DNA of 64,000 nt. It comes from Octopus vulgaris (Eukaryota). Made by a program: the position numbers and the translations under genes. This document shows positions 39,023-53,245 of this stretch, piece by piece. Numbering within the stretch: the first letter of the stretch is position 1; each line of letters begins with the position of its first letter. The notes under the pieces were generated by a model. It searched no databases. It saw nothing but the letters and a program-made list of their open reading frames with translations, and had not been told where the DNA came from. The DNA lies in the NCBI GenBank assembly GCA_951406725.2, contig OX597814.1, positions 147,498,001 through 147,562,000 on the forward strand, in the 5' to 3' direction.

Positions 39023-40814
39023 GTGTGTGTGTGTGTATAAGTCAAGTTTACATTGTATCCTTCTGAGTTCGATAAATTAATGTACCAGCTAAGCGATGGA
39101 CCCGAATGACCCTCTTGAAATTCATCTTAGACCTCTATAGTATTATAATACAAGGCAAGGATACACACTTGGTTCAGGGTTTTCCAACGGCATAAGTTGG
39201 GAAAATTAATAATGTCGGAAAATTATTGCATTCTTCAGGCTGGAAGATAGAGTCGTTTACTCTCCGATTCATTTATAATATCGCACACAACATTATATCA
39301 ATCCCGGATACGTTAACTGCTTGTGTGTTTCAATATAAAGATGCCCAAATTTGTTTCCATGACGTGATGTACGAAAATATAGTTGCGGTTAATATATTTT
39401 ATATAATAAATTAAATATTTCCTCCCTAGAATTTTCTACAGTCGCAACTATATCAAACCTGAGTTTAAGGGAGATGGTCTGTGATCTTGTATATCTTTTA
39501 CATATAGTAGCAATCAAATGTCCTTAACATCACATTTGTTTATCTTAAAATATATAATGAATGTATTTGATAACGTAGATCGCTTTCTATAACTTAGTTC
39601 TGAAACCTGAATCGTAATCTTCATTACTGGAATAGTTTTAATAATAAAATCTTCTCTGTCAGAGTTAACCTGGGGCTGAATAAAAACTGACAACGACAAA
39701 AGAGGCAATCAACATGTGTAGCAACAACGACAGCTGTAATCCTTATGTGTCGATAGTTGACAAAGTTGAGAGGAACAAGAACAACATTGTTAAGAACAAG
39801 GAAAACAATGAAGATTATGTTGAGAGGAGAGAAAGCAAATCTCATAAAGATTCGTATAATCAAAATTCAAAACAGCAAGTAAACTGAGAAAAAAAAAGAA
39901 CAATCAAAAACACAAATACAACTTAATGTCAATAGCTGCAGCAAATACGTAAATGGCAGTATCATGAATAACAATATCAACAGCAACCATATTAACATTA
40001 GCAACAGCAGCAGAACCAATACCAGCCAGGAAAAGGATGTCAATAATGGCTTCTATGACAACTCCGAAAACACAACAGCAAAACTAACAACAACAGCAAT
40101 AACGATACGTTTTTTGTTTTCTCTTTCCATATTTGTCGCAAGACGTCTTACATGCAACAAACGCTGAATCGTGGGAATTAAAACATATGATGTGGGGATA
40201 GGCAAGACGAAATTATATAAACCTGAAAAGATATCTGAAGACTATATAATGAAAATTTTTAAAAATTATGTAAGAAAGAGAAAAAACATGAAGTTATGTA
40301 AAATACATACTAATTAATTCAAACTAGTTTCATTAAACATGCAGAAAAACGTGGAGGGTATTTTTTTCATGAAACAGGAACAAGAACCCTCTCACTAGAT
40401 TAGTGCCAGACACCCCTTGACTGAAATTCTCTAGTGTCAAAACGGGCAATAAATCCTTCACACTCTGCTCTAAATTGCTCAGTGTTGGTACGTAAACTGG
40501 CTTCTGGTCTGTACTGACAGACTGTCACTTGGGTGTGTGGGTATATGAACAAGTAGTTATTGTGTTGCACCCACGAACGCGAGGTCGTAGTTTCAATTCA
40601 TGGAGCAGCTAGTGCGTTGTGTTTTTGAGCAAAACACTTCATCTTACGCTGCTTTGTGATTACTTCGACATCTGATGTGTAGTAAACCATGCATCTATTC
40701 AGGCAACGTCAATTATTTGGAGCTTGTGTGTTAATGTACAGTACAAATATTTAACAATATTTCTCGGACCCATCATCAACTGGGTACTCAGACGAAATGA
40801 AAATTTGCCCCAAT

Positions 40815-41429
40815 TTTTGTCAGATCTGTGGAGTACGTCGTGTATCATCTGTTCTCACGTGTAGGGTTCACCTGGTTAAGCCCATCGTGATGAGAGTTCT
40901 CCGCATTTTAGTTTGGGTAACTGCAGGCAGCTTTCCGTTGTTTAGTGCAACAGAGTAACAAGTTAAACGATGGATACGACTGAAAACCAAACGCAGACAT
41001 TTTCCGTTTCGGCTATACTCTCATCAATTTTTTTCATGTTTTACTTGGAAAAGTAGATGAAGGTAGAAAGAGAGGTCCTGTTCCAGTAAACTTGTAGTCA
41101 GTTGTGTAAGGGTAACGCACTTCGTGAGATTAATCGGGCCATCTTCGAATTTCATTTTGTAAGCCGGTAGAAAATGGGTGAGAGAAGGCAAAAACATTTG
41201 GCAGCTAGGGTCATCGAGTGCTGTACGTTTTCCTTGATTGGCCCCCAGCAGTTTTCCTCCTTTTTTTCAGAATTAATCTTGTTTGGAATTTCTTCTTATC
41301 TGTCATTTTTGTTATAATTTCATTTTATACGGCTTATGTAACCCCTCACAATGCTTCTTTTTTTTTTTGTATTTTTGGCACTTTGTTATAGCCTTTGTTC
41401 TTCATAGAGCCATTGTGGCGGATAATAAA

Positions 41430-41430
<1 letters not shown>
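40815..41430 (+). mobile_element. Probable L1/Tx1-like LINE 3' remnant
   Basis: Frame-broken peptides DLW..., W.RLK, DIFRFGYTLINFFMFYLEK*MKVEREVL resemble L1/Tx1 ORF2 C-termini as I recall them. A T-rich 3' region and aataaa precede (ATT)n. Recognition from memory only. Confidence 0.45.
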
Positions 41431-41485
<55 letters not shown>

Positions 41486-42882
41486 CATCATCATCATCAT
41501 CATCATCATTATCATCATTATTATTATTAATATTATCATCGTAGCCGTCGTCGCTGTTGTTGTTAACTTAGTCCTTGAAACATGAATTTTGCTAATGAAT
41601 TCCTTTATTGGTCACAACAGCTCCAACTATGGGAACAATGTATGGACGAAGTATAAAGAAAACAGTGGGTGGGATTTCCATTAAGTAATCATGTGAAATC
41701 AACAATAACAATAAGGATTAATAAGAAATATTAAATATAAATAACAATAATAATGCTTGCATAAAATTAATTAAAAATGTTCTGTATTCACACACACAGT
41801 TTCACACAGATATTTTCAAGCACTAGCGCAGTATTAAACACCAGCTCACTACGCAGAAGCACTCTTAAGCACTCATATACCCCCACAATGCTTCTGTACT
41901 TATCTTAACACACACATGCGAAATGCATTTATACACAAAGTCTCACACACATCCACTCACAAACACACACACACTCTCCCTCTCTCTTTCACACAATCTC
42001 TCTCACTCACACTCTCTCACACACACAGTCATAAAAGAAACAATACTGTTTTAAAAGGCAACATACGATTGTGGGTGACATTCATGGTGAAGTGAAGTGA
42101 AGCGTAGGGAAGCGGTGAGGAGATGTTTTTGACTTGGTGACCCGGTACAGTGACTGGGGCTAGAAAGTGGGAAGAGAACACATGGAGATACAGCACTTTG
42201 ATATTAGGAGTTCATGTCGTTAGCAAGGAATTGGTAATATTATCCCATGAAAAGGAATAGTAGATTGGCAGAGTCGAAAGGATATCGGACAAAATCCATT
42301 GTAGCATTTAGTCACGAAATTCGCATTCTCTCTAAGAATACTGTGAATGCCAACTTTGCATATCACCCTTCAAGTTAAATAAAATAAAGTACCAGTCAAG
42401 ACCTGGGATGAATTTTATATTTTTATAAATCCCATTAAATGAAAAAGAATTAAAACAGAACAGTAAAACAAAGTCTATAAACAACGATGTCACTGAAATA
42501 CTTAACACTTTTTCCATACAATTTTGATAAAGGTAATTATTGATCCATTGAAACAGTAGTCACTTGTCAATATCGGCAGACATTTTACTTGTATAGAAGT
42601 TCTAAGGAACTAAGTTGTAGCACATTATATTCGAATCCCATAGGAGTCATCCTGTTGTCTACCGTTTCGATGTCGATAAAAATGCAGAGCAGTACAGGTT
42701 GAAAGTTATCGACTAATTCAGCTATTAGCACACCCCATTTTTTCTTTGTTACAAAACAATATATATTATATAAAATATTGTACACAACAAATTAGTTATC
42801 AGGATCTTTTAATGGAATATTAATAGAAATAATTTCCAATGTTAAAGTGAATACTGGAAGATACTCCATCATAGTAGTAACC

Positions 42883-43091
42883 TGGCTGATGACAGTCAAG
42901 GCTGATCTGGAACCCAACGTAGGCCACCATGTCTACGGCGTTCACCGCTGGAATAGGGAGTGGTTGGAGATCACGCGGTCGTTAGCCTCAAATTGCCAGG
43001 CCTGGTCGGCGTTTGTGAAAGATGCAGCATTGAGAATGAATAATGCCAGCTCAACCCACCCCGGGTGAATGCTGTCTCAAGCAAGCAAGCA
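42883..43091 (+). mobile_element. 5'-truncated RTE-clade LINE 3' end with (CAAG)n tail and TSD
   Basis: TWLMTVKADLE...YGVHRWNREWL...LASNCQAWSAFVKD...STHPG* is a typical RTE C-terminus. Tail caagcaagcaagcaag; TSD agtagtaacc at 42873-42882 and 43092-43101. Confidence 0.85.
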
Positions 43092-43319
43092 AGTAGTAAC
43101 CCGGCGTGGTCATAGTGCCCAAAGAAGCATTGCGGTCACTTCACTTGATCGGGAAGGTTTTGCATGATCGACGACTCCCACCCACCCCACATGATGGCGG
43201 TTCCATTAAATCTTAATGTTCCCTAGGCTTGGTCACAGCTAAGAAGCTGGAAAAAATTAAATGAGTAATACCTACACAACTGTAACACAGTCATTCATAT
43301 AAAGAAATATAATATATAA

Positions 43320-43380
<61 letters not shown>

Positions 43381-43505
43381 CAAGATTAACCAGCCGAAAT
43401 TGCGAGGATGATCCGGTTCTTGACTGAAGACTGAAGGCTTCGAATGTCCCGTCCGTGTTTTTTGTATCGTCTTCTAAATGTTTTGCGTTCTTGTCCCAAT
43501 TTGTA

Positions 43506-43576
<71 letters not shown>

Positions 43577-43581
43577 GTGTG

Positions 43582-43628
<47 letters not shown>

Positions 43629-44395
43629 TTATATATTAGATATATTAGAACAAGTACAAAGATAATTTTTTTCAATATTAAATACTGTACAGTATATATA
43701 AAGGATAAAATCCTTTTAAAAGCAGCAGAAAATTTTGCGACGTAATCTATATGACATCTAGCGTTTATGGATGACTTTATAACCTTTAAAATTGCAGACG
43801 AATTCGCCGGCAGTTTGGCTTAAAGGATAGATAACTCCAGTCGGATATTGGAAGGGTGTATTGTTCAGTATTTCTACTTGTTTTACAATGCATTTCAATG
43901 CTTCAAAAACACATATTTTTATATTTGAAAATTTCCCTATGTATCTATATATGTGTGTGCTTTGTTCAAATCATTATTATTAGACTTGTATGGTTTGTTA
44001 CTTAAGACTAAAATTGGTGCGGCTGACTAGTTTCCGTTTTCTATTAACATCTTTTTGTTTCTCCTTTCTTTATTTTGTTTATGCTTAATACTTGAAAAAT
44101 TTTGGATAATGTTTATATTTATATGCCTTGGGCAAATGTCTACGAATTTAGCTTTGGGGTACACAGATGTGTGGGTGATTTTGAGAAACGCACCCTGACA
44201 GAAACCAGAGTTGTATGTATATGCCCACACACACACACAAACGCACACACACACACAATCACATGCACACGCGCATACGCATATACATAAATATGCATGT
44301 ATTTGTATATACACACATACGCATATATATATATAAATATATATATATATAAATATTTATCTGTCAGTTTCTCTTTCTTTCTCTGTGTATATGTT

Positions 44396-44434
<39 letters not shown>

Positions 44435-44741
44435 GCGTGTGAGCATATATATATATAGCTGTGCGTGAGTGTGTATTCTGATGTGCTCTGTGTTTTATAC
44501 ATACTAATAGATATAGGTGCCTCTAAAATACAACTTTGCTACTCAAGAAGTAGGATCGACAAAAGCAGTTGGCTGTGAAGAGCCAGCATTTTCGCATTCC
44601 AATGAGTAGCAACGATAACAGAAAATACCACTCCCAACACAAACATGCAGGTATAATCATATATATAAATCCTTAAAATCCTTTAAAATGTTTTAGCCCG
44701 AAGGCCGCAGAATGCTGGTCACCACCGCTGGAGTATTTATA

Positions 44742-44781
<40 letters not shown>

Positions 44782-44805
44782 ATGTATAAATATATACAAC
44801 ACACG

Positions 44806-44851
<46 letters not shown>

Positions 44852-44866
44852 CATATATAAAATTAG

Positions 44867-45009
44867 TGCTAGAAGGAGCAGTCAAAACGTCCCAAAAAAC
44901 ATTTAAAAGCAATTTCGAAGGCAATGAAACATAAAAATCTTTTATTTTTCATTCCCTTCGAAATTGCTCTTAAATGTGATTTTGCATGTTTTGACTGCTC
45001 CTTCTAGCA
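44867..45009. repeat. Fold-back palindrome, ~70-bp arms, 3-nt loop
   Basis: tgctagaaggagcagtcaaaac...gcaatttcgaaggcaatgaaacataaaa-atc-ttttatttttcattcccttcgaaattgc...gttttgactgctccttctagca; arms roughly 90% complementary by eye. Confidence 0.92.
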
Positions 45010-46279
45010 TTTAAATCGGCCTGTTAAGTGTCGCCAATTTTGTGTTTAAATGTATACTAATGTTATATTGAAAATATGTTGTCTATTGACTTTTTATACA
45101 TGCTAGGCCACTAGTAAGGAAATTTCTAAAATTTTACTACCCTATTTTATTTTATACATACACACACACACACACGCACACATACAAGCATATATATATG
45201 TATGTATGTATGGATATATATATATATATATATATATATGTCAGTTATATATATATATATATATATATGTCAGTTCTATACATCCATACAGAAAGAGAGA
45301 GGGAAAGAGAGAGAGAGTGAGTGAGAGAGGAAGAAAAGATTGAGACAGACAATTAGACAGACAGACATACAGACATACAGACATACAGATAAATAGATAG
45401 ATAGATAGATATATAGATAGATAGATACATAGATAGATAGATAGGTAGGTAGATAGATAGCTAGATGTTTGATACCGACACTTGACAAAAAGAGTAAGCC
45501 CTGAGCTGAATAATTTCCTTCATAGTTCCTTATGTTCTACTACTATTTTGCGAAATTCAAGTTTCTGGAAGAACTTTAGTTACACTATTTTGGGAAAGGA
45601 TTCGAACGCAGAAAGCATAGGATCGAAACTGTATTGTACAAAATAATGTATATGACGCTCTTAATTTTAAGTAATTGAACATCCATTAGTATAATTACTA
45701 ATAATTATTGATTAATAGCGATAACAGGAATTAGAAACTAACAATATGGAAATAAAGTAGGAAAGAATGGAATTAAATATGTAAGAAAAGCAAAAAAATA
45801 ACATTATAAAATAATGAAAGAAGGAAATAACGAATGAGTGAATGGTTGAATAAAAGGAAAATGAGACGAATCCCTAGGGAGTTGATTTTAGGTAATGAAT
45901 TTGCCATTTTCATAGGATGTATGATATTTTAGTCTTATTTTACACAATTGACATCTTCAATTTTTGCTATCATTATTACTGTTTTTTGTTGTTGTTTTTT
46001 TTTAGAAAATGACTCCATTTGCTTGTAGTCACCATTTATTAGTAAAGGATGATGCTGTTGTGTGAGGGTGGTTGAACGGAAGGAAATTCTTGCTATTCAT
46101 ACAACATCCTTAATCTCTTGTTACTTCTTTGATGAAATTTCAGAAGATGATCTCATTCAATTCAATGTAGTCGACCTGTCAAACATTTGTGCCAGCAGAC
46201 GACACAAAATGCTTTTGTTATTTTTCTCTTGGATATTTCCTATTATCTTCCATTGTTATATTACGTTATATAATAGGTA

Positions 46280-46327
<48 letters not shown>

Positions 46328-46848
46328 ATGCTCGAAAATAGTACGAATGTAAAATGTAATTTAGCAGTCAATACCAAAATAATTAAAGTAAATAGTAACA
46401 AAAATAAAAGATTTTACTGAAATTATTAACCTCACGTTCTCTCGTTTTTCCCCTTTATCTTTCTTTCTTCACACTTTTTGTCTCTTTTCCTCTGTCTCGC
46501 TTTTCTCTTTCCGTCTGTCTATCTCTCTCTCCTCCTCCTCCCCTCTCTTTCCGTTGTTTTGTTTTTCGTCATCTAAGACTCTGGTTCTTCATTTGTCCAT
46601 CTGTCCTCCTACAATCGAATATTCGTTAATAAATTGGGCTGTTTTATTATTTGCTTTTTTTTCATATTATGTTCTTATTTTAAAGAAATATTAAATGAAA
46701 CATCCATTGTCTGATAAACTTCCATTTTCCTCTTCTATTCTTTCGATTCTTTTGAATTGTCTGTAAAGTAAGATTAGCAATGATAAAAAAAACGACCACT
46801 ACTATTACCTCCACTAGAAATAATAATAATAATAATAATGATAATAAC

Positions 46849-46892
<44 letters not shown>

Positions 46893-46935
46893 TAATAACA
46901 ATAATAATAGCAACAACAATACTAATGATATTAGG

Positions 46936-46980
<45 letters not shown>

Positions 46981-48094
46981 GCACTATTGTTCGACGATGC
47001 TGGTGTGGCACAGGAAAGAGCAGGATAAATCATTAATTTAATTGCCCAGACGAAGCATAATCGCAAGCATTTTTCAAACTAATGAACAATGGGATTTTTA
47101 GTAAACGCAAAGAGCTAGAAATGTTTACGGAAGCTGCTTTGTCGATTAAAACATCCCCGGTACGTGTTTCATCTGACTTTGAAAACAGAAATGCGACGAA
47201 GTCCTATGCAGGCTTCGATCTGTGTATTCTCGCTAACTCCAACCAGTGTGCAAAACACAATTGTAAACAGTTATAAGCTACTTATAACTCCCTATACAGA
47301 AGATTGATAATATTCTCTAATGAAGATCTAATAAGATTTCATCAAAGAATATCAGCCCAACCCCGAGATTAAACTTTACTTTTCAAATCGATGCGTAAAA
47401 TTATATATGTATACATAAATATACATATATATAATCTTATATCTCACCCGATGTATATATGTATCACATGTGAATCGTTGGCGATTTTCTTCCTCCGTCT
47501 TTCCTTCTATTCGACTTTCCTCTGATTCCGAAGAAGAGCGTCTGCTCGTAACGTTAATAAATCTTTCCTACCTTGAGCGTCTGCTAATACAATACATTAC
47601 CTCCGAATGTTTACTACACACTAGTTTCATCACGAAAACTATGAGAATCCCTCTACGCTGTCACATAACCTATATAGGCAGATATATTGCTATTTCCGAT
47701 AGGTCTTCGAAGGGACGCAGCCAAGATCCTTTCTGTCATGAATGACCATGGGATTGCACCAAGAATGTTCTCCTCCACAACACTAGTCGTAGCTAGATTG
47801 TTTATAGACAACCAGCAATTCCCATGGATACATCCTTCCCTCTCTATACTACCAATTTTATGCAAAAGAAAGGCAAAGGCCAAAACGGCATGGCACCATT
47901 GACGTCTCTATTCACTTCTAAGGGAATTAAATGCAAGCGTAGAAGCGAGTTATAGCACATAAAATTGTTCAATATAAAATATTTGTTTTATATTTTAAAA
48001 GCATTTAAGTGTTTTCAGAAAACTAAATAACTGAATGTATTATTGTGGTAAATGTATACACAATCTCACATACACATTCACGTATAAATACATG

Positions 48095-48182
<88 letters not shown>

Positions 48183-48291
48183 ACTATCTATCTATCTATA
48201 TACATACACACTTAGATACTTAGATAAGTTTCGGGCGAAGTTGGCCTAGGCCATGATTAATTTAATAACACCACCTGGAAGAGATACATAG

Positions 48292-49020
48292 TCAGCTCTT
48301 GAGCACCATAGTCCATTCGAGCAGCAGCGAGTTATTGTTTTCAGAGATATATCCGGGTGTCGGTTGTTTGTCTGATATTTGTTGGAGGTAATCATCTAGG
48401 GACCGTTTGAATGCCGTGAAATCACTTTCATCCTTTATGTGGGATAGCACGATGTTGAAATAGTTCTGCCGTGGTGTTGTGATAGGACATGAACATGATT
48501 TCTGTAGTGGACGGATGGCACGGGGTTCAAGTCTCGGAAGTATTTTAAAGATGACAACTATATCATTTGAGTAATGTTGATGGAATATTTTCCACAACAT
48601 ACAGATGATATAGCGCTCACAGCGGCGCTGGAGGGAGTAAAGCCTCAGCTTTTTGAGTCGATCTATTTTCTTTGTGACTGATCTCTGGGGAGCTTCAATT
48701 TTCATAATCGTGTGTGGGACCACAGTGGACAACAGTATTCCAGGTGAGGGTGAGCAAGCGTAGAGAAAAGTAGAATAACGGTCGGGGCGTCTCTAGAAAG
48801 GAAAGTATCAAGAATCCAGGAGCATGCCCCACGAGCTATGTCAGCTTTGCTGTTTATGTGAGCACTCCAGCATATTTTGCTGTCAACAGTAACACCCGGG
48901 TCTCTAGCAGTGCTGGATACAACAAGAGTTTCACCCGAGATAAAACTGTATGCTTGCTGGAATGCATTTTCTTTACCGAAGCGGAGTACGTTGAATTTTT
49001 TCTCGTTTAGCTGCATCTTA
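48292..49020 (-). mobile_element. CR1/L2-group LINE ORF2 3' fragment (frameshifted)
   Basis: ORFs 48702..49061 and 48292..48732: MQLNEKKF, RDPGV.VD, HPHLEYCCPLWS, RLKKLRLYSLQRR.ERY, FKRSLDDYL. Confidence 0.9.
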
Positions 49021-49060
49021 TGTTTCTCAATATATATGCATACACACACATACACACACA

Positions 49061-49112
49061 CACTGACTGTAGTCGTAGATAATTATTCACCTCTAAGCGA
49101 CGAAGAAATATC

Positions 49113-49193
<81 letters not shown>

Positions 49194-49857
49194 TTAAACA
49201 TATAATATATACATACGTATATATATATACATATATACATATATATGTACATGTATATTTATAAATATATATATATATATATATACGTCCATGCTTGTGT
49301 GAATACGAATACGGGAAGAAATAATAGTTATGAGTATGTATATGAACCATTTTGTGAGTTGTCCTCTGTATATTTATTGTAGAAAGTCAACATAAAACTT
49401 TTTGTTACTTTCAGCGACGTCTTTCGCTCTTATCAATTTCTATTCCTTTACTTTTCGTCTCGCTACATAGCAAATAAAAGTAACACTATATACAGCATTA
49501 TTTTTGCTTATTCCTTGACGTTGGTGTCGTTGATCGTGATGATTTTACTGCTATTTTGTCTGTGTATTTGTTGTATATTATATATGATATCATTTCGATT
49601 AAATATGTTATGTGATACGACTGTTTTCAACGCCAGTCAGTGGCCTTTAGCACACATATAATGTTTCAGAAAACAAGTGAGTGCATTATGTGTTTTTGTT
49701 TTCACTGTTTCCGCTTCCCAATACATCTTGGCAATTTGTCTAGATCAATAGATTTTTGCCCTCTTCAGCTTTTACGTCATATACAAGCAGTTAACTTCTG
49801 TCGATAACATTTCTTCGACGCTTAGACGTGATTAATTGTCTACGACTATAGTCGGTG
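49061..49857. mobile_element. ~800-bp non-autonomous TIR element with ~50-bp TIRs, flanked by (CA)n/(TG)n
   Basis: cactgactgtagtcgtagataattattcacctctaagcgacgaagaaat (49061-49109) vs reverse complement of 49809-49857, caccgactatagtcgtagacaattaatcacgtctaagcgtcgaagaaat. Confidence 0.8.
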
Positions 49858-49896
49858 TGTGTATGTGTGTGTATACATGTATATGTGTATATATAA

Positions 49897-49946
<50 letters not shown>

Positions 49947-50048
49947 ATATACATGTATATGTATATATATGTATATACATGTATATATATATATAAGTAT
50001 ATGTATATATATGTATATGTATACATATACATATATATCTACATATAC

Positions 50049-50080
<32 letters not shown>

Positions 50081-50308
50081 CATCATCATCATCAATTCAA
50101 CAAAACACAGACAAGAAGAAACAAAACAAACGTTTGGACGTGGCACAAGCAATGTATCAATAAGACACCTAGAGAAGGAAAAGAGTAGAAGTTTTAAGTT
50201 TCGAGCATAGCACTTCTTCGGAAGCAGGAATAAACAGGAAAGTCCAAGACGAAGGAGGAAAAAATATCGACAACAATCACGTGCGGTTACATTTTTGTGT
50301 GTGTATGT

Positions 50309-50378
<70 letters not shown>

Positions 50379-50884
50379 ATGCGTGTATGCCTTTCTGTGG
50401 AAGAGCATAGGCTCGAAACGTTAAAGAATTTTTCTCTCTCCAAGCGTTCAACTAATACATCCTTTTGTTGTCTACACTACCTGCCTTCGTCTTTTGTTTT
50501 TCTGTGAAATCTCCCTATATATTACACGCTCACGTGGTGGCACCAGTTGATCCTTTCTCCTCTCATTTACACTTCAGCTTCACCTCTCCTGCCCATGCAT
50601 TGCACTGGACTCCTCTGTTGATGATAAATCGCTCCAATACACCACGACGTTCGAAGCTTTAAAACCTTTTGAACTTTTCTTAACTTTGTTGTACTTTCTA
50701 AACTTTTTTTTCTATTTTCACTCCATGATTATTTCTGAGGAAGAACATAGGCTTGAAACGTTAAAGACGTTTTCACTTCTCGAGCATCTGTTTGTTGTCT
50801 ACACCTTCTGTCTTCGTCTTTTTTTTTTGTAAATTCTCTATATATGTGTATGTCCCTATGTATGCATGTATATGTGCGTGCGCG

Positions 50885-50916
<32 letters not shown>

Positions 50917-51459
50917 TATGTAATACATAATTTTACCTAAGTAAGGAAAGCTAAAGTGAATAGTTACTTAATAATGTACTCAAGCTTTTTTCTGTTTAAA
51001 ATCTTTTGGCAATTCTAAAATTCTCTATAGCATATAGTACAAAAAAGCCTGAAATTTCTTTGTTCTCAGTTTTTCTAGTGGTAAAATATATCACTTTGTT
51101 ATCCATCTGTGTTTGATAGAAAATTAAGACTCTTGCGTCAGCTATCAGGAGTAAATTGAAAAACGTAAAAAATCGAAAAAATGTATTTCAGTAAATAAAT
51201 TATGAGTTCTAACTTTATATTTTGTGACACCGACAGTTCAAACAATTGAAGACGGGAAACAGCGTGACACTATATATATTTCATAGTGGCTACCAGCCAA
51301 ACTACATTACTGACTCAAATAACTGACCACTGTCCTCCTACTACGGCTACGGTAAATAGCAGGCACAACCGCAACGATTATAATTGAAGTAAAGGTAGTC
51401 AGGATTAGATGCCGGTGAAATGTACCCTTACTGAAATTATCAGAGAAAAATTAAGCTTA

Positions 51460-53245
51460 GATTTGAAGTACTGCCTCGAGGAACAGAAATACCAAAATTG
51501 CACACTGTTTCTTTGTGGATGACTTACACTTTATGCAAAGAATATGCATGAAATGAAAAAGAGCCTTGACCTGTTACAATATTGTCAAAGGATGTAGGGT
51601 AGAAGTTTGATCAGGATAAATGCTGTTATATGGTTGTGAAAAAGGGGAAAACTATAAACCGGACTAGTAACATCTCCATCAATGATTTGACTGTTTCGCC
51701 TGTATCTGACGAGGAATGTTACAGGTATCTAGGGGTGGATGAAAATTTATCTTATAATGGCACATGTGACAAAACACGTGTCGCTAAAGAATATTACAAC
51801 CGAATAAAGAAAATTTGGACTTCAGAACGCTCTGCATTCAATAAAACAGTGGTCCACAATGTGTTTGCAGTGCCAGTACTCATACTAACATTTGGGCTGC
51901 TTGATTCGACTCTTGAAGAGATTCGCGCTGTTGATGTGAAAACCCGAAATATAATAACAGGTACACATAATTTCCACATAAACAGTGACGTAGACCTCTT
52001 CTACCTGAAGCGAAACAAAGGCGGTAGAAGCTTAACATTGATCCACTTTCCCTTTGAATGTCTCATCATATCTCTTCGGCAACATCGTTTAACTACCAAG
52101 TGTCGAACTGCATCCCTTCCCAAAGCTTGCATACATGATGCTGATAACATCATAAGACTTGGAAGGCAACTAGAATACATGTCCAAAGAAGTAGCGCGAC
52201 TCTACCGCAATGTATCCTGAAATGAAAGGATACATGGATATGTTAGTAGAAAGCTCTGTGATGATAGCAATACCAAACATCAAAGCAGTTTATTGTGGAC
52301 CAATAGCCGGATTACTACCTCCCACATTGAAGGGTATGCGATTGCAATCCAGGAACAGGTAATATCAACTAAGTAACTGATGCACAAAAGGGACAGAGAT
52401 GCTGGAAAAGCCGTAAAATGTGACAACCGATGCAGACTTTGTGGGGTTCACACTGACGTTATCATCCACATAATAAGCTGTTGTCTGCAAAGGTCATCAC
52501 ATTATTATCTACCGATGAGACATGATGTTGTAGCTAGGACACTCTATAATGAAATCTGTCAGAAGGATAATCCCGAGGACAAAGAAATAAGAACCCACAA
52601 TAAAGTAGAAGCCACAACCACTAATAATAAAAAGGAATACTGGTAGAATGAACCAGTGAAGACCTCTATAAAATTTAAGTACGACAGGCCTGATTTGGGA
52701 TAGAGAAGAGAAACTATGCACAGTTGAGGAAATTAGCTGCCCAGCTGATGTTAGCATAAATCTGAAGATCAGTGAAAAAGAGAATACCTACGCTGAACTA
52801 TTGAGAAATCAGAAGTTACAGTATCCGGATTACAAGTTCAGTTTAATTATTGAGGCACTGGGATATGTAACACACTGCCTAAATACCAATCTGGAGAAAT
52901 TAGGCTTCTCAAAATCAGAGGGAAGAAAGCTAATTCGAAGACTACAAATCCAATCCATCACTGGAACTGTATAAATCTGTAAAACTTTCCAGAAGCTTAT
53001 CATTTAGATATATATGAGCATGTCTAGATTTGAAACTATGCATGAGAATACATGCATAAAAATACAAATCTGCACATACATGCATCCATCCATACATACA
53101 TACATACATACATACATACATACATACATACATACATACATACCTTGTTTTGATGTTGAAATTTCAGTGAAGGAGCCTTGGATCTAGGCAAGAAACCAGT
53201 TCTTTCTCTATTGGCATGAAATCTTGAAATAAACTGAATAATGAC
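51460..53245 (+). mobile_element. 5'-truncated R4/Dong-like non-LTR retrotransposon: RT C-terminus, CCHC knuckle, RLE nuclease, 3' UTR
   Basis: HCFFVDDL (RT motif, ~51503), YRYLGV, thumb region (ORF 51630..52220), AIQEQVI, CRLC...HIISCC and MRHDVV (ORF 52380..52646), RPD...TVEEISCP...SEKENTY (PD-(D/E)xK). Stop ~53007. Several stops and frameshifts. Confidence 0.93.

Noticed and set aside
40996-41027. Minus-strand TTGATGA...GAAAC...GTC hammerhead-like string
   Set aside because: Stem II does not pair, and the plus strand is better explained as LINE coding remnant.
43380-43510. CTGAAGA-containing short repeat between microsatellites
   Set aside because: Probably a repeat fragment, but no GAAA box in the right position, so not counted as a hammerhead.
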